A stretch of DNA of 64,000 nucleotides from an uncultured bacterium (GTDB lineage: Bacteria; Pseudomonadota; Gammaproteobacteria; Burkholderiales; JACQAP01), in the NCBI GenBank assembly GCA_965233135.1, contig CBDDRM010000028.1, positions 100,331-164,330 on the forward strand, given 5' to 3'. Position 1 is the stretch's first letter; each line of letters starts with the position of its first letter. The position numbers were made by a program, and so were the translations under genes. Shown piece after piece: positions 31,287-41,785 of this stretch. The notes under the pieces were generated by a model. That model was not told where the DNA came from. It made no database searches and worked only from the letters and a program-made list of their open reading frames with translations.

Positions 31287-31843
31287 TTCTTTGCAGCGGA
31301 TTTGCCGCGAGGCGGTGGCGGCGCTGGCGGCAGGTTCATTGCCTTGACTTTGGCGGTCTGCCGGCGTCGAAAGGCCTCAAGCTTCGCAGCCAGTCCGGCG
31401 TCCGCATGCGCGAGCAAAGCCAGCGCGAACAAGCCCGCATTGGCCGCACCGGCTTCACCGATGGCGAATGTGGCCACTGGAATCCCGCGCGGCATCTGCA
31501 CAATGGACAACAGCGAATCGAGCCCTTGCAACGCCCGCGACGTCACCGGTACGCCTAGCACTGGCAGCCGCGTCTTCGAGGCGAGCATGCCCGGCAGGTG
31601 CGCGGAGCCACCCGCACCGGCGATGATGCAGCGCAGACCGCGCGAGGCGGCTTGCTCTGCGTACTGGAACATCAGGTCCGGCGTGCGATGGGCCGATACC
31701 ACGCGGGCCTCATAAGCTACGCCGAATCTGTCGAGCATCTGCGCCGCGTGCTGCATGACCGGCCAGTCGCTGTCGCTGCCCATGACGATGCCTATGAGCG
31801 GCGAGGATTTTTTGCGGCGAGGAGCGGTGCGAAGCGTGGCCAA
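31283..31843 (-). CDS. purE: 5-(carboxyamino)imidazole ribonucleotide mutase
   Basis: [14 protein letters not shown]...AHRTPD...IIAGAGGAAHLPGM-type motifs (here [14 protein letters not shown]). TTG at 31843 lies behind AAGGAA. The start is approximate. Confidence 0.9.
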   Translation of the reverse strand: MATLRTAPRRKKSSPLIGIVMGSDSDWPVMQHAAQMLDRFGVAYEARVVSAHRTPDLMFQYAEQAASRGLRCIIAGAGGSAHLPGMLASKTRLPVLGVPVTSRALQGLDSLLSIVQMPRGIPVATFAIGEAGAANAGLFALALLAHADAGLAAKLEAFRRRQTAKVKAMNLPPAPPPPRGKSAAKK

Positions 31844-31853
31844 GATGTATTCC

Positions 31854-32294
31854 TTATTCCTTGCCGTATTGTGGCTGCCTGCCGGATTTGCGCCCGGCGT
31901 CTTCGGTGTAAGGAAAACGCACGTGGCCATAGCGGATCAACAGGACCGCCAGCGCGATCAGCAGCACCGAACCGGACACGGCCAGCATGCGCCAGACATC
32001 GAGATCCTTGATGTCGAGAATCAGATAACGCGCCAACGCAACCATGGCGATATACAGCGGAAAGCGCACCGGCAGTTTTCCGGAATTGTAATAAAGGCCC
32101 ACCATGGTGAGCACTTCCAGGTACAAGAACATCAGCAGCAGATCGGCCAAAGTGACTTTTCCATGGCCGACCATCACCATGACTTCCTGATAGCCGGCCA
32201 CGATGGTAGCCAGCGCGATGACCATCAGCCCGATGTTCTCGACGAACGCCAGCACACTCTGGGCATAGCGCGAAGTCAGGGTTTGAGTCTGCAT
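31854..32294 (-). CDS. PsiE-like (phosphate-starvation-inducible E family) membrane protein
   Basis: 146 aa with 4 hydrophobic segments. Its length and pattern ([14 protein letters not shown]..., ALARYLIL) resemble PsiE. Confidence 0.55.
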   Translation of the reverse strand: MQTQTLTSRYAQSVLAFVENIGLMVIALATIVAGYQEVMVMVGHGKVTLADLLLMFLYLEVLTMVGLYYNSGKLPVRFPLYIAMVALARYLILDIKDLDVWRMLAVSGSVLLIALAVLLIRYGHVRFPYTEDAGRKSGRQPQYGKE

Positions 32295-32317
32295 GACTTA
32301 GCTCCGGCGCCGGCGAG

Positions 32318-33382
32318 TCAGTTGACAACGGCTTGGAATGTGCCGCTCGCGTATTGCTCTGCCATGCGGTCGAGCGTGACGGGCTTGAGACGCGCCGCCT
32401 GGCCGGCGCTGCCGAATGCTTCGAAGCGTGCCTTGCAGATCTGTCGGGCTGCAAGCATGGCGTCCTTGAGGTATTTGCGCGGATCGAATTCGGCTTTGTC
32501 CTTGTTGAAGGCGCGCCGGATTGCACCGGTCATGGCCAAGCGGATATCGGTGTCGATATTGATCTTGCGCACGCCGTGCTTGATGCCTTCCTGGATTTCT
32601 TCGACCGGCACGCCGTAGGTCTCCTTCATCTCTCCGCCGTTGTCGCGGATCACTTTCAGCCAGTCCTGCGGCACCGAGGAAGATCCATGCATGACCAGGT
32701 GCGTGTTGGGAATGCGCCTGTGAATGGCCTTGATGCGTTCAATGGCAAGGATGTCGCCGGTGGGCTTGCGGCTGAATTTGTAGGCGCCGTGCGAGGTGCC
32801 TATCGCGATGGCCAGCGCATCGACTTGGGTCTGCTTGACGAAGTCGGCGGCCTGATCGGGGTCCGTGAGCAACATGTCGTGAGTCAGCGCTCCTTCGGCG
32901 CCCGAGCCGTCTTCTTTGCCTGCTGTCATGGTCTCCAGCGAGCCCAGGCAGCCCAGTTCGCCTTCCACGGAGACGCCTACTGCGTGGGCCATGTCGACGA
33001 CCTGCCGGGTGACCCTGACGTTGTAATCATAGGGTGCCGGCGTTTTCATGTCTTCCTTGAGCGAACCATCCATCATCACCGAACTGAAGCCCGAGCGGAT
33101 GGAGCGCTGGCATACCGCAGGGTTGGCGCCATGGTCCTGGTGCATGACCACCGGAATATCGGGATACATTTCCACGGCCGCCTCGATCAGGTGGCGCAGG
33201 AAAGGCTCACCGGCATATTTGCGGGCGCCGGCGGAAGCCTGCATGATGACCGGCGAATTCGTCTCGTCGGCTGCCTGCATGATGGCCTGGATCTGCTCAA
33301 GATTATTGACATTGAACGCGGGCACGCCGTAGTTGTGTTCAGCAGCATGGTCGAGCAACTGTCGCATCGATACGAGAGCCAT
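32318..33382 (-). CDS. fba: Class II fructose-1,6-bisphosphate aldolase (CbbA/Fba type)
   Basis: [30 protein letters not shown]...VMHQDHG...HGSSSVP. 354 aa. Confidence 0.95.
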   Translation of the reverse strand: MALVSMRQLLDHAAEHNYGVPAFNVNNLEQIQAIMQAADETNSPVIMQASAGARKYAGEPFLRHLIEAAVEMYPDIPVVMHQDHGANPAVCQRSIRSGFSSVMMDGSLKEDMKTPAPYDYNVRVTRQVVDMAHAVGVSVEGELGCLGSLETMTAGKEDGSGAEGALTHDMLLTDPDQAADFVKQTQVDALAIAIGTSHGAYKFSRKPTGDILAIERIKAIHRRIPNTHLVMHGSSSVPQDWLKVIRDNGGEMKETYGVPVEEIQEGIKHGVRKINIDTDIRLAMTGAIRRAFNKDKAEFDPRKYLKDAMLAARQICKARFEAFGSAGQAARLKPVTLDRMAEQYASGTFQAVVN

Positions 33383-33431
33383 AATTGTTTCCGGAGGAGT
33401 CGAATGGGATTTTGCGGTACGCGGATGACGC

Positions 33432-34868
33432 TCACGGACGGCGGCTTTCGCCGACCTTGACGATCTTCATCGTATTGGTGCCACCCGGCGAGCCGATGGG
33501 TTCGCCAAAAGTGACGACGATCAGATCGCCCTTCTGCACGAGCCCGGCGCTGACCAGCTGGTCCTCGGCTTCCTGCAGCAGATAATCGCGATCGTGACCG
33601 ACGTATTTGATCAACAGCGGATAGGTATCGCGAAACAGGCTCAGCCGGTATCGCGTTGAAACTTCCGGAGTCAATGCGTAAATCGGGACCCCGCAATTGA
33701 GCCGGGATATCCACAATGCCGTCGAGCCGGATTGCGTGAGCGCCGCAATCGCCTTGACCTTCAGATGATACGCCGTGAATAACGCTGCCATCGCGATGGA
33801 CTGATCGACGCGCGTAAACACGCGATTCAGGAATTCCCGGTCGAGGGTCGATTCGGCGGACTTTTCGGCTTCCAGACAGATGCGCGCCATGGATTCCACG
33901 GTTTCGACCGGGTACTTGCCACTGGCGGTTTCCGCAGAGAGCATGACCGCATCGGTTCCGTCGAGCACGGCATTGGCCACATCGGACACTTCCGCGCGCG
34001 TCGGTACCGGGCTCGTGATCATCGATTCCATCATCTGCGTGGCCGTGATGGTGAGTTTATTGCGCTCCCGCGCCGTGCGGATCATGCGCTTTTGCAACGC
34101 CGGCACCGCGGCGTCGCCCACTTCAACGGCCAGATCGCCCCGCGCGACCATGATGCCGTCGCACGAATCCAGAATCTCGTCCAGCGCAAACACGGCTTCG
34201 GTGCGCTCGATCTTTGCGATGAGCATGGACTTTCCGCCGGCGGCGCGCATGAGCTCCCGCGCCATGTACATATCAGCGCCGCTGCGCGGAAACGAAACCG
34301 CCAGGAAATCGGCTTTCATCTGCACCGATGTCTTGATGTCCTCCATGTCCTTGGCGGTCAGCGCCGGAGCCGTCAGTCCCCCGCCCTGGCGGTTGATGCC
34401 CTTGTTGTTCGACAACACCCCGCCAACGCGCACGATGGTGTTGATGCGGTTGTCCTGCACGTCCTTCACGTCGAGCACCAGTCGGCCGTCGTCCAGCAGC
34501 AATACCGCGCCCGCAGCCACGTCGCGCGGCAACTCCTTATAATCCAGCCCGACTTCCCGCTGGTTGCCCAGCGTGCAATCCGCATCGAGCGTGAACGCAT
34601 CGCCCGGACTGAGCGTAATGCGCCCCGCCTCGAACTTGCCGATGCGGATCTTCGGTCCCTGCAGGTCGCACATCAGCCCCACGGTGCGCTCCAGGCCGCG
34701 TGCGACTTCGCGCACGAGTTCCGCGCGCGCCAGATGCTCCTCCTTGGTGCCGTGCGAGAAGTTCATGCGCACCACGTCGACCCCGTGGGCGATCATGCGC
34801 GTGAGAACGTCTTTGTCGCTCGACGCGGGGCCGAGTGTCGCGACGATTTTCGTGCTTTTCTGGGTCAT
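33432..34868 (-). CDS. pyk: Pyruvate kinase
   Basis: [11 protein letters not shown]...VVRMNFSHG...[10 protein letters not shown]. 478 aa. It overlaps the pgk stop by 4 nt. Confidence 0.95.
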   Translation of the reverse strand: MTQKSTKIVATLGPASSDKDVLTRMIAHGVDVVRMNFSHGTKEEHLARAELVREVARGLERTVGLMCDLQGPKIRIGKFEAGRITLSPGDAFTLDADCTLGNQREVGLDYKELPRDVAAGAVLLLDDGRLVLDVKDVQDNRINTIVRVGGVLSNNKGINRQGGGLTAPALTAKDMEDIKTSVQMKADFLAVSFPRSGADMYMARELMRAAGGKSMLIAKIERTEAVFALDEILDSCDGIMVARGDLAVEVGDAAVPALQKRMIRTARERNKLTITATQMMESMITSPVPTRAEVSDVANAVLDGTDAVMLSAETASGKYPVETVESMARICLEAEKSAESTLDREFLNRVFTRVDQSIAMAALFTAYHLKVKAIAALTQSGSTALWISRLNCGVPIYALTPEVSTRYRLSLFRDTYPLLIKYVGHDRDYLLQEAEDQLVSAGLVQKGDLIVVTFGEPIGSPGGTNTMKIVKVGESRRP

Positions 34869-36064
34869 GTCTTTTCCCGTGATGGACCTGCGGCGCGAGT
34901 CTCCAGAATCTCAACGGCAGGCAGCGTCTTGCCTTCGAGGAACTCGAGAAACGCGCCGCCGCCGGTGGAAATGTAGCCGATCTTGTTTTCGATGCCGTAC
35001 TTGGCAATGGCGGCCACGGTGTCGCCGCCGCCCGCGATTGAAAAGGCAGGCGATTGGGCAATGGCGTTGGCCAGTGTCCGGGTGCCCTCGGCAAATCGGT
35101 CAAACTCGAACACACCCACCGGACCGTTCCAGACAATGGTGCCGGCCTTGCCGAGCATGGCTGCGAGTTGCGCCGCGGTCCTGGGTCCAATGTCGAGAAT
35201 GAGATCATCGGCAGCGACATCCCGGGCTGCCTTGACCGTTGCGCTGGCTTCTGCGGAAAATGCTTTGGCGCAGACCACATCGACCGGAATCGGCACGCCC
35301 CCGCCCTTGGACGCGAGGCTCGCCATGATGTTGCGTGCCTCGTCGACCAGGTTTGGTTCGGCCAGCGATTTACCGATCGGCAGGCCTGCGGCAAGCATGA
35401 ACGTATTGGCAATGCCTCCGCCCACGATCAGCTGATCCACTTTTTTGGCCAACTCGCCGAGGATGCTGAGCTTGGTCGACACCTTGGAGCCCGCGACGAT
35501 GGCAACCAACGGATGTTTAGGATTGCGCAGGGCCTTGCCCAGCGCATCGAGCTCCGCCGCCAGCAGGGGGCCGGCGCAGGCGATCGGCGCATACTTTGCA
35601 ATGCCATGCGTGGTGGCTTCCGCGCGGTGCGCGGTGCCGAACGCATCGTTGACATAGACGTCGCAGAGCGCGGCCATTTTGCGGGACAGGCCCTCGTCAT
35701 TGCTCTTCTCGCCTTTGTTGACGCGGCAATTTTCCAGCAGCACGACCTCGCCGGGCTTGACCTCCACGCCGCCGACCCAGTTCGAGCGAAGCGGGACCGG
35801 CGTAGCCAGCAATTCGGCCAAGCGCCTGGCCACCGGCGCCAGCGAATCCTCGGGCTTGAATTCGCCTTCCACCGGGCGGCCGAGATGCGAGGTCACCATG
35901 ACGGTCGCGCCGGCTTTCAGGGCGCGCTCGATCGCCGGCACGGAGGCGCGAATGCGAGTGTCGTCGGTAATGCGGCCGCTATCGTCCAGGGGCACATTGA
36001 GGTCCGCTCGGATGAAAACGCGCTTGCCTTGCAGGTCGACTCCGGTCATTCGCAGAATGGTCAT
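34865..36064 (-). CDS. pgk: Phosphoglycerate kinase
   Basis: [13 protein letters not shown]...SHLGRP...[10 protein letters not shown]...STGGGAFLE. 399 aa. Confidence 0.96.
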   Translation of the reverse strand: MTILRMTGVDLQGKRVFIRADLNVPLDDSGRITDDTRIRASVPAIERALKAGATVMVTSHLGRPVEGEFKPEDSLAPVARRLAELLATPVPLRSNWVGGVEVKPGEVVLLENCRVNKGEKSNDEGLSRKMAALCDVYVNDAFGTAHRAEATTHGIAKYAPIACAGPLLAAELDALGKALRNPKHPLVAIVAGSKVSTKLSILGELAKKVDQLIVGGGIANTFMLAAGLPIGKSLAEPNLVDEARNIMASLASKGGGVPIPVDVVCAKAFSAEASATVKAARDVAADDLILDIGPRTAAQLAAMLGKAGTIVWNGPVGVFEFDRFAEGTRTLANAIAQSPAFSIAGGGDTVAAIAKYGIENKIGYISTGGGAFLEFLEGKTLPAVEILETRAAGPSREKT

Positions 36065-36170
36065 GGGATTGCGTCCATCCGTTCAAGATTCGCTAATGCA
36101 GAGGGCACCGAGCAAGCAAGGCCACAGGCGGCCTGCTCCACTCCGTGCCCCCGCCGAAATAACTGCCGGT

Positions 36171-37184
36171 TTATTTCGCGCCGACGAATGTCACCGTGGT
36201 GTCCAGCATGCGATTGCTGAACCCCCACTCATTGTCATACCAGGAACAGACTTTCACCAGTGTGCCTTCCGAAACCTTGGTCAGGGTCGAATCAAACACG
36301 GAGGAGGCCGGATTGTGATTGAAATCGACCGACACCAGTGGGTCCGTGCTGTACTCGAGGACTCCCTTGAGGTCGGCCTGACTGGCCTGTTTTACCGCAT
36401 TGTTGACTTCCTCGACGCTGGTCGCGCGCCGGGCCACGAAACTCAGGTCGACGATGGAGACATTGATGGTCGGCACGCGCATGGCAAAGCCGTCGAGTTT
36501 GCCATTGAGCTCCGGCAGCACCAGGCCCACCGCGGCAGCCGCGCCCGTTTTGGTCGGAATCATCGACATCGTGGCGGAACGCGCGCGGCGCAAATCCGTG
36601 TGATAGACGTCCGTGAGCACCTGGTCGTTGGTATACGAATGGATGGTGGTCATCAACCCGTTCACCACTCCGATGCGATCGTTCAATGCCTTGACCATGG
36701 GGGCGAGGCAATTGGTCGTGCAGCTGGCATTGGAGATCACCGTGTGCGACGCTTTCAGCGTGCCATGATTCACGCCGTAGACCACGGTCGCATCCACATC
36801 CTTGTCGGCCGGCGCGGAAATGATGACTTTCTTCGCGCCCGCGGTCAGATGCGCGCCGGCTTTGGCCTTGCTCGTGAACAATCCGGTGCATTCGAGCACC
36901 ACGTCCACACCGAGCTCCTTCCACGGCAACTCCGCGGGATTGCGCTGGGCGCAAACCTTGATCTTGTCGCCATCGACGACCAGGAAATCCCCATCGACTG
37001 CGACGCTGCCCGGAAACTTGCCATGGGCGGTATCGTAGCGTGTCAGGTGCGCGTTGATTTTGGCGTCGCCCAAATCGTTGATCGCCACGATCTGGATGTC
37101 GTGCTGCTTGCGGTTCTCATAATGCGCCCGCAGGATGTTGCGCCCGATGCGGCCATAGCCGTTTATTGCAACGCGAATGGTCAT
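36171..37184 (-). CDS. gap: Glyceraldehyde-3-phosphate dehydrogenase (type I)
   Basis: [10 protein letters not shown]...[12 protein letters not shown]...WYDNEWG. 337 aa. Confidence 0.96.
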   Translation of the reverse strand: MTIRVAINGYGRIGRNILRAHYENRKQHDIQIVAINDLGDAKINAHLTRYDTAHGKFPGSVAVDGDFLVVDGDKIKVCAQRNPAELPWKELGVDVVLECTGLFTSKAKAGAHLTAGAKKVIISAPADKDVDATVVYGVNHGTLKASHTVISNASCTTNCLAPMVKALNDRIGVVNGLMTTIHSYTNDQVLTDVYHTDLRRARSATMSMIPTKTGAAAAVGLVLPELNGKLDGFAMRVPTINVSIVDLSFVARRATSVEEVNNAVKQASQADLKGVLEYSTDPLVSVDFNHNPASSVFDSTLTKVSEGTLVKVCSWYDNEWGFSNRMLDTTVTFVGAK

Positions 37185-37394
37185 TAGCGAGTCCTCTGAT
37201 TAAAACCGGATTTTACTGCACTCGGCGGATCGATCACAGCCATGCTGCGGCGCGGAGCGGGAATGCGTTGCGCAGCCCGCGCACGGCTCTTATAGTGGGT
37301 CATGATGCGCACTGCCAGGTTTCGGTGCCTCGGCGATGACGTCAGCTACACGATTCTCAGAAGATCCAAACACCGTACATCTACGGAGGACATC

Positions 37395-38657
37395 ATGGGA
37401 CACGGTATTGCAGAAGCAATGCGGGGGTTGCTGGCGCTGATAGCCGGAATAGCGTTCGCGCTGCCCGTCGCGGGGGGTGAAGTCGAAGTGCTGCATTGGT
37501 GGACCTCGGGGGGCGAGGCTAAGTCCGTCGGCGAACTCAAGAAGATTCTCGAAAGCAAGGGCGACACATGGAAGGACTTCGCCGTCGCCGGGGGCGCGGG
37601 CGAGACGGCCATGACGGTCCTCAAGTCGCGCGTGGTGTCCGGCAAACCCCCCACAGCGGCGCAGGTCAAGGGACCCGGCATCCAGGAGTGGGCGCGTGAA
37701 GGCGTGCTGGCCAATCTCGACGACGTTGCCAAGGCCGGAAAATGGGACTCGCTGTTGCCGCCGGTTGTCAGCAACGTCATGAAGTACCAGGGGCACTATG
37801 TGGCCGTGCCGGTCAACGTGCACCGTGTCAACTGGATGTGGGCCAATCCCGAGGTCTTCAAGAAGGCGGGCGCCAAGATTCCGACCACCTGGGCCGAGTT
37901 CGAGGTGGCGGCAGACAAAATCCAGAAGGCCGGCCTGATCGCGCTCGCGCATGGCGGTCAGCCCTGGCAGGATTCCACGGTCTTCGAAGCCGTTGCACTC
38001 GGCACCGGGGGCGCGGATTGGTACAAAAAGGCTTTCGTCGACCTCGATGCCAAGTCGCTGGGCAGCCCGCAGATGGAAAAATCCTTTGCAACGTTGCGCA
38101 TGATCCAGAAATACATCGACAAGGACGCTGCCAACCGCGACTGGAATCTGGCCACCGCGATGGTGATCAACGGCAAGGCCGCGATGCAGTTCATGGGAGA
38201 TTGGGCCAAAGGGGAATTCAGCGCGGCTGGCAAGAAGCCCGGCAAGGATTATGTCTGCATGCCAATTCCGGGTAACCAGGGCACCTACACCTTCAATATC
38301 GATAGCTTCATCATGTTCCAGCAAAAGGATGCATCGGCCTCGACGGCGCAGTCGCATCTGGCTGCCGCCATCATGGAGCCGAAGTTCCAGGAAGTATTCA
38401 ACCTCAACAAGGGCTCGATTCCGGTGCGTCTTGGCATGAACCTGGACAAGTTCGACCAGTGCGCCAAGGATTCAGCCGCCGAATTCGTGGCTGCGTCCAA
38501 GAGCGGCAAGCTCGTGCCCAGTTGGGCGCACGAGATGGCGATGCCTCCGGCCAACAAGGGCGCCATGTTCGATGTGGTCACCAACTTCATGAACACCCCG
38601 TCCATGACGCCCAAGGCCGCGGCGGAGAAAATGGCTGCCGCCGGCAGCGTCAGATAA
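37395..38657 (+). CDS. Carbohydrate (glucose-type) ABC transporter substrate-binding protein, GtsA/GltB homologue
   Basis: RBS GGAGGA. It has a signal-like N-terminus followed by VEVLHWWTSGGEA..., typical of glucose/mannose SBPs. It is clearly diverged from my recollection of the Pseudomonas protein. Confidence 0.8.
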   Translation: MGHGIAEAMRGLLALIAGIAFALPVAGGEVEVLHWWTSGGEAKSVGELKKILESKGDTWKDFAVAGGAGETAMTVLKSRVVSGKPPTAAQVKGPGIQEWAREGVLANLDDVAKAGKWDSLLPPVVSNVMKYQGHYVAVPVNVHRVNWMWANPEVFKKAGAKIPTTWAEFEVAADKIQKAGLIALAHGGQPWQDSTVFEAVALGTGGADWYKKAFVDLDAKSLGSPQMEKSFATLRMIQKYIDKDAANRDWNLATAMVINGKAAMQFMGDWAKGEFSAAGKKPGKDYVCMPIPGNQGTYTFNIDSFIMFQQKDASASTAQSHLAAAIMEPKFQEVFNLNKGSIPVRLGMNLDKFDQCAKDSAAEFVAASKSGKLVPSWAHEMAMPPANKGAMFDVVTNFMNTPSMTPKAAAEKMAAAGSVR

Positions 38658-38719
38658 GCTGGCTTGGCCGCCGCGGGGGCGGCAACACGCGCCCCTTGGC
38701 GGCCTTCGCTTATGGCGCC

Positions 38720-39643
38720 ATGACGGCATCGAGATCCGGGACCGCGCCAGCGGTACCCGGCAACAGGTTGCGCGATTACGCGGCGACGCTCATGCCGAAA
38801 ATCGTGCTCGGCCCGACGCTCGCCGTGGCCGTTGTTTTCATCTATGGCTTCATCCTGTGGACCGCGTGGCTGTCGTTCACCGAGTCGAGGTTGCTTCCGC
38901 GCTACGATCTCGTCGGCTTCGTGCAATACGTGGCCTTGTTCGAGAACGATCGCTGGTGGACGGCGCTGACCAATCTGGGGATCTTCGGATCGCTGTTCAT
39001 TGTGAGTTGTCTGGTCACCGGGCTGCTCCTGGCGATCCTGCTCGACCAGCGCATCCGCGCCGAAGGGTTCTTGCGCGCGGTGTATCTCTACCCCATGGCG
39101 CTGTCATTCATTGTCACGGGTACCGCATGGCGCTGGATCCTGAATCCCGGTCTGGGCATCGAGCATCTGGTGCGCCAGTTCGGCTTCGAGGAGTTCACCT
39201 TCGACTGGATCGTGACACCGGGCATGTCCATTTACACCGTGGTGATTGCAGGCGCCTGGCAGTCGAGCGGCTTCGTCATGGCGTTGTTTCTGGCAGGCCT
39301 GCGCGGCGTCGATGACTCGATCATCAAGGCCGCGCAAGTCGACGGCGCGGGGCCAGTGCGCATATATCTGCGGATCATCATCCCGTCGCTTCGACCGGTA
39401 TTCTTCAGCGCCGTGATCATTCTCGCGCACATCGCCATCAAGAGTTTCGACCTCGTGATGGCGCTCACCGGAGGCGGCCCTGGATTTTCTTCCGATTTGC
39501 CCGCAACCTTCATGTATGTGTTCGCGTTCAACCGCAACCAGATCGGCCTGGGGGCGGCCAGCGCCATGATGATGCTGCTGACCGTCGTGGCAATCATCGT
39601 GCCGATGATCTATTCGGAAACACGGAGGCAGGCACATGCCTGA
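38720..39643 (+). CDS. Carbohydrate ABC transporter permease 1 (GtsB/GltF homologue)
   Basis: Internal ATG. The MalF-type EAA region reads AAQVDGAGPVRIYLRIIIPSLRP. 307 aa. Confidence 0.85.
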   Translation: MTASRSGTAPAVPGNRLRDYAATLMPKIVLGPTLAVAVVFIYGFILWTAWLSFTESRLLPRYDLVGFVQYVALFENDRWWTALTNLGIFGSLFIVSCLVTGLLLAILLDQRIRAEGFLRAVYLYPMALSFIVTGTAWRWILNPGLGIEHLVRQFGFEEFTFDWIVTPGMSIYTVVIAGAWQSSGFVMALFLAGLRGVDDSIIKAAQVDGAGPVRIYLRIIIPSLRPVFFSAVIILAHIAIKSFDLVMALTGGGPGFSSDLPATFMYVFAFNRNQIGLGAASAMMMLLTVVAIIVPMIYSETRRQAHA

Positions 39644-40517
39644 GATCCGGCGCACCGAATCGGCCGGCAGCCGCACGTTTGGCCGGGTCCTGCTGTACGC
39701 GGTGCTGATCGCATTTGCGCTGTACTACCTGATGCCGCTGTTCGTAATGCTGACCACGTCGCTGAAAACCCTCGAGGACGTTCGCACTGGAAACCTGATT
39801 TCGCTACCGCAGAAGCTGTCGTTCGACGCCTGGATCAAGGCCTGGTCCGGCGCCTGCACCGGCGCGGATTGCAGCGGCCTTCGCGCCAACTTCTGGAATT
39901 CGGTGAGCTTCGTGCTTCCCGCCGTCGCCGTGTCCACGCTCGTGGGCGCGCTCAATGGCTACGTGCTGACCATGTGGCGCTTCCGCGGCAGCGACGCGTT
40001 TTTCACGTTGCTGCTGATCGGTTGCTTCATTCCTTTCCAGGTCGTGCTGTTGCCGATGGCCCAGACGCTGGGCTGGCTTGGCATCGCCAACACCACCGCC
40101 GGGCTGATTTTCGTGCACGTGATCTACGGGCTCGCCTTCACCACGCTTTTCTTCCGCAACTTCTATATCGCGATCCCGCCGGAGATGGTCAGGGCTGCGC
40201 GTGTCGATGGCGCCGGGTTCTTTCGCATTTTCTGGCGCATCATCCTGCCGTTGTCCCCGCCGATCATCGTGGTGTGCGTGATCTGGCAATTCACCCAGAT
40301 CTGGAACGACTTCCTGTTTGGCGTGGTGTTCTCCAGCGGTGATTCGCAGCCCATCACGGTGGCGCTGAACAACCTGGTCAACACCAGTACCGGGGTCAAG
40401 GAATATAACGTTGATATGGCGGCGGCGATGATCGCCGGGCTGCCGACCCTGCTGGTCTATGTGGTCGCAGGCAAGTATTTCGTGCGCGGCCTGACGGCCG
40501 GCGCGGTCAAGGGGTAA
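39636..40517 (+). CDS. Carbohydrate ABC transporter permease 2 (GtsC/GltG homologue)
   Basis: The MalG-type EAA region reads AARVDGAGFFRIFWRIILPLSPP. It overlaps the previous gene by 8 nt and ends 2 nt before the ATPase gene. Confidence 0.85.
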   Translation: MPEIRRTESAGSRTFGRVLLYAVLIAFALYYLMPLFVMLTTSLKTLEDVRTGNLISLPQKLSFDAWIKAWSGACTGADCSGLRANFWNSVSFVLPAVAVSTLVGALNGYVLTMWRFRGSDAFFTLLLIGCFIPFQVVLLPMAQTLGWLGIANTTAGLIFVHVIYGLAFTTLFFRNFYIAIPPEMVRAARVDGAGFFRIFWRIILPLSPPIIVVCVIWQFTQIWNDFLFGVVFSSGDSQPITVALNNLVNTSTGVKEYNVDMAAAMIAGLPTLLVYVVAGKYFVRGLTAGAVKG

Positions 40518-40519
40518 TC

Positions 40520-41680
40520 ATGGCAACGCTTGAACTTCGTAACGTAAACAAGACCTACGGTACCGGCCTGCCGGACACCCTGAAGAACATCGAACTGTCG
40601 ATCAAGGAAGGTGAGTTCCTGATCCTGGTCGGCCCTTCGGGTTGCGGCAAATCGACCTTGATGAATTGCATTGCCGGCCTGGAAAACATCACCGGTGGCG
40701 CGATCATGATCGGCGACCAGGACGTCAGCGGCATGAGCCCCAAGGATCGTGACATCGCCATGGTGTTCCAGTCCTACGCGCTGTACCCGACCATGAGCGT
40801 GCGCGAGAACATCGAATTCGGCCTGAAGATTCGCAAGATGCCCCAGGCGGCGATCGATGAAGAAGTGGCGCGAGTGGCCAAGCTGCTGCAGATCGAGCAC
40901 CTGCTCAATCGCAAGCCGGGCCAGCTCTCCGGTGGCCAGCAACAACGCGTGGCCATGGGCCGTGCACTGGCGCGTCGCCCGAAGATCTACCTATTCGACG
41001 AACCGCTGTCCAACCTCGACGCCAAGCTGCGGGTCGAGATGCGTACCGAAATGAAACTGATGCACCAGCGTCTGAAAACCACCACCGTCTACGTCACCCA
41101 CGATCAGATCGAAGCGATGACCCTGGGCGACAAAGTGGCGGTCATGAAGGACGGCATCATCCAGCAGTTCGGCACGCCGAAAGAGATCTACAACGACCCG
41201 GCCAATCTGTTCGTGGCGAGCTTCATCGGTTCGCCGCCGATGAACTTCATTCCACTGCGCCTGCAACGCAAGGACGGTCGCCTGGTGGCGCTGCTGGACA
41301 GCGGCCAGGCCCGCTGTGAATTGCCGTTGAACATGAACGATGCCGGTCTTGAAGACCGCGAAGTGATCCTGGGCCTGCGCCCGGAGCAGATCGTGCTGGC
41401 CGCCGCCGAAGCCACCGGCGCGCCGACCATTCGGGCCGAGGTGCAAGTCACCGAGCCGACCGGTCCGGACACCCTGGTGTTCGTGCAAATCAATGACACC
41501 AAGGTCTGCTGCCGCCTGGCGCCCGATGTGGCGCCGCAAGTGGGCGAGACCCTGACCTTGCAGTTCGACCCGGCCAAAGTGTTGCTGTTCGACGCCAAGA
41601 CCGGCGAGCGCCTGGGCACTGCCGCTTCGTTGCCTGCCCAGGACCGTGCCGACAACGTCGCTCAATTCAAGGGACGCTGA
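40520..41680 (+). CDS. gltK: Glucose ABC transporter ATP-binding protein (MalK family), Pseudomonas type
   Basis: Walker [10 protein letters not shown], signature [15 protein letters not shown] and Walker [10 protein letters not shown]. The sequence matches my recollection of P. fluorescens/putida GtsD(GltK) almost residue for residue. Confidence 0.95.
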   Translation: MATLELRNVNKTYGTGLPDTLKNIELSIKEGEFLILVGPSGCGKSTLMNCIAGLENITGGAIMIGDQDVSGMSPKDRDIAMVFQSYALYPTMSVRENIEFGLKIRKMPQAAIDEEVARVAKLLQIEHLLNRKPGQLSGGQQQRVAMGRALARRPKIYLFDEPLSNLDAKLRVEMRTEMKLMHQRLKTTTVYVTHDQIEAMTLGDKVAVMKDGIIQQFGTPKEIYNDPANLFVASFIGSPPMNFIPLRLQRKDGRLVALLDSGQARCELPLNMNDAGLEDREVILGLRPEQIVLAAAEATGAPTIRAEVQVTEPTGPDTLVFVQINDTKVCCRLAPDVAPQVGETLTLQFDPAKVLLFDAKTGERLGTAASLPAQDRADNVAQFKGR

Positions 41681-41785
41681 AGTTTCAAATGATGTGTAGG
41701 GGCTTTTGTGAGAGTCCTGCTCTCACAAAGAAGTAAACCGCGTTAGATAAAAACAGTTAATAACAATAAAGACGAGGATGTAGGG

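Noticed and set aside
29853-31715. 620-aa plus-strand ORF.
   Set aside because: It is antisense to purC, purK and purE and crosses two gene boundaries of a clearly coding operon.
35054-37187. Plus-strand ORFs of 388 and 502 aa.
   Set aside because: They are antisense to pgk and gap, so they are shadow ORFs.
40300-40600. Mobile-element or integration-site explanation for the origin switch (genomic island, IS or integrase-mediated).
   Set aside because: No transposase, integrase, tRNA/tmRNA attachment site or terminal or direct repeats lie anywhere near the boundary. The right-hand segment consists of Pseudomonas core housekeeping genes rather than island cargo.
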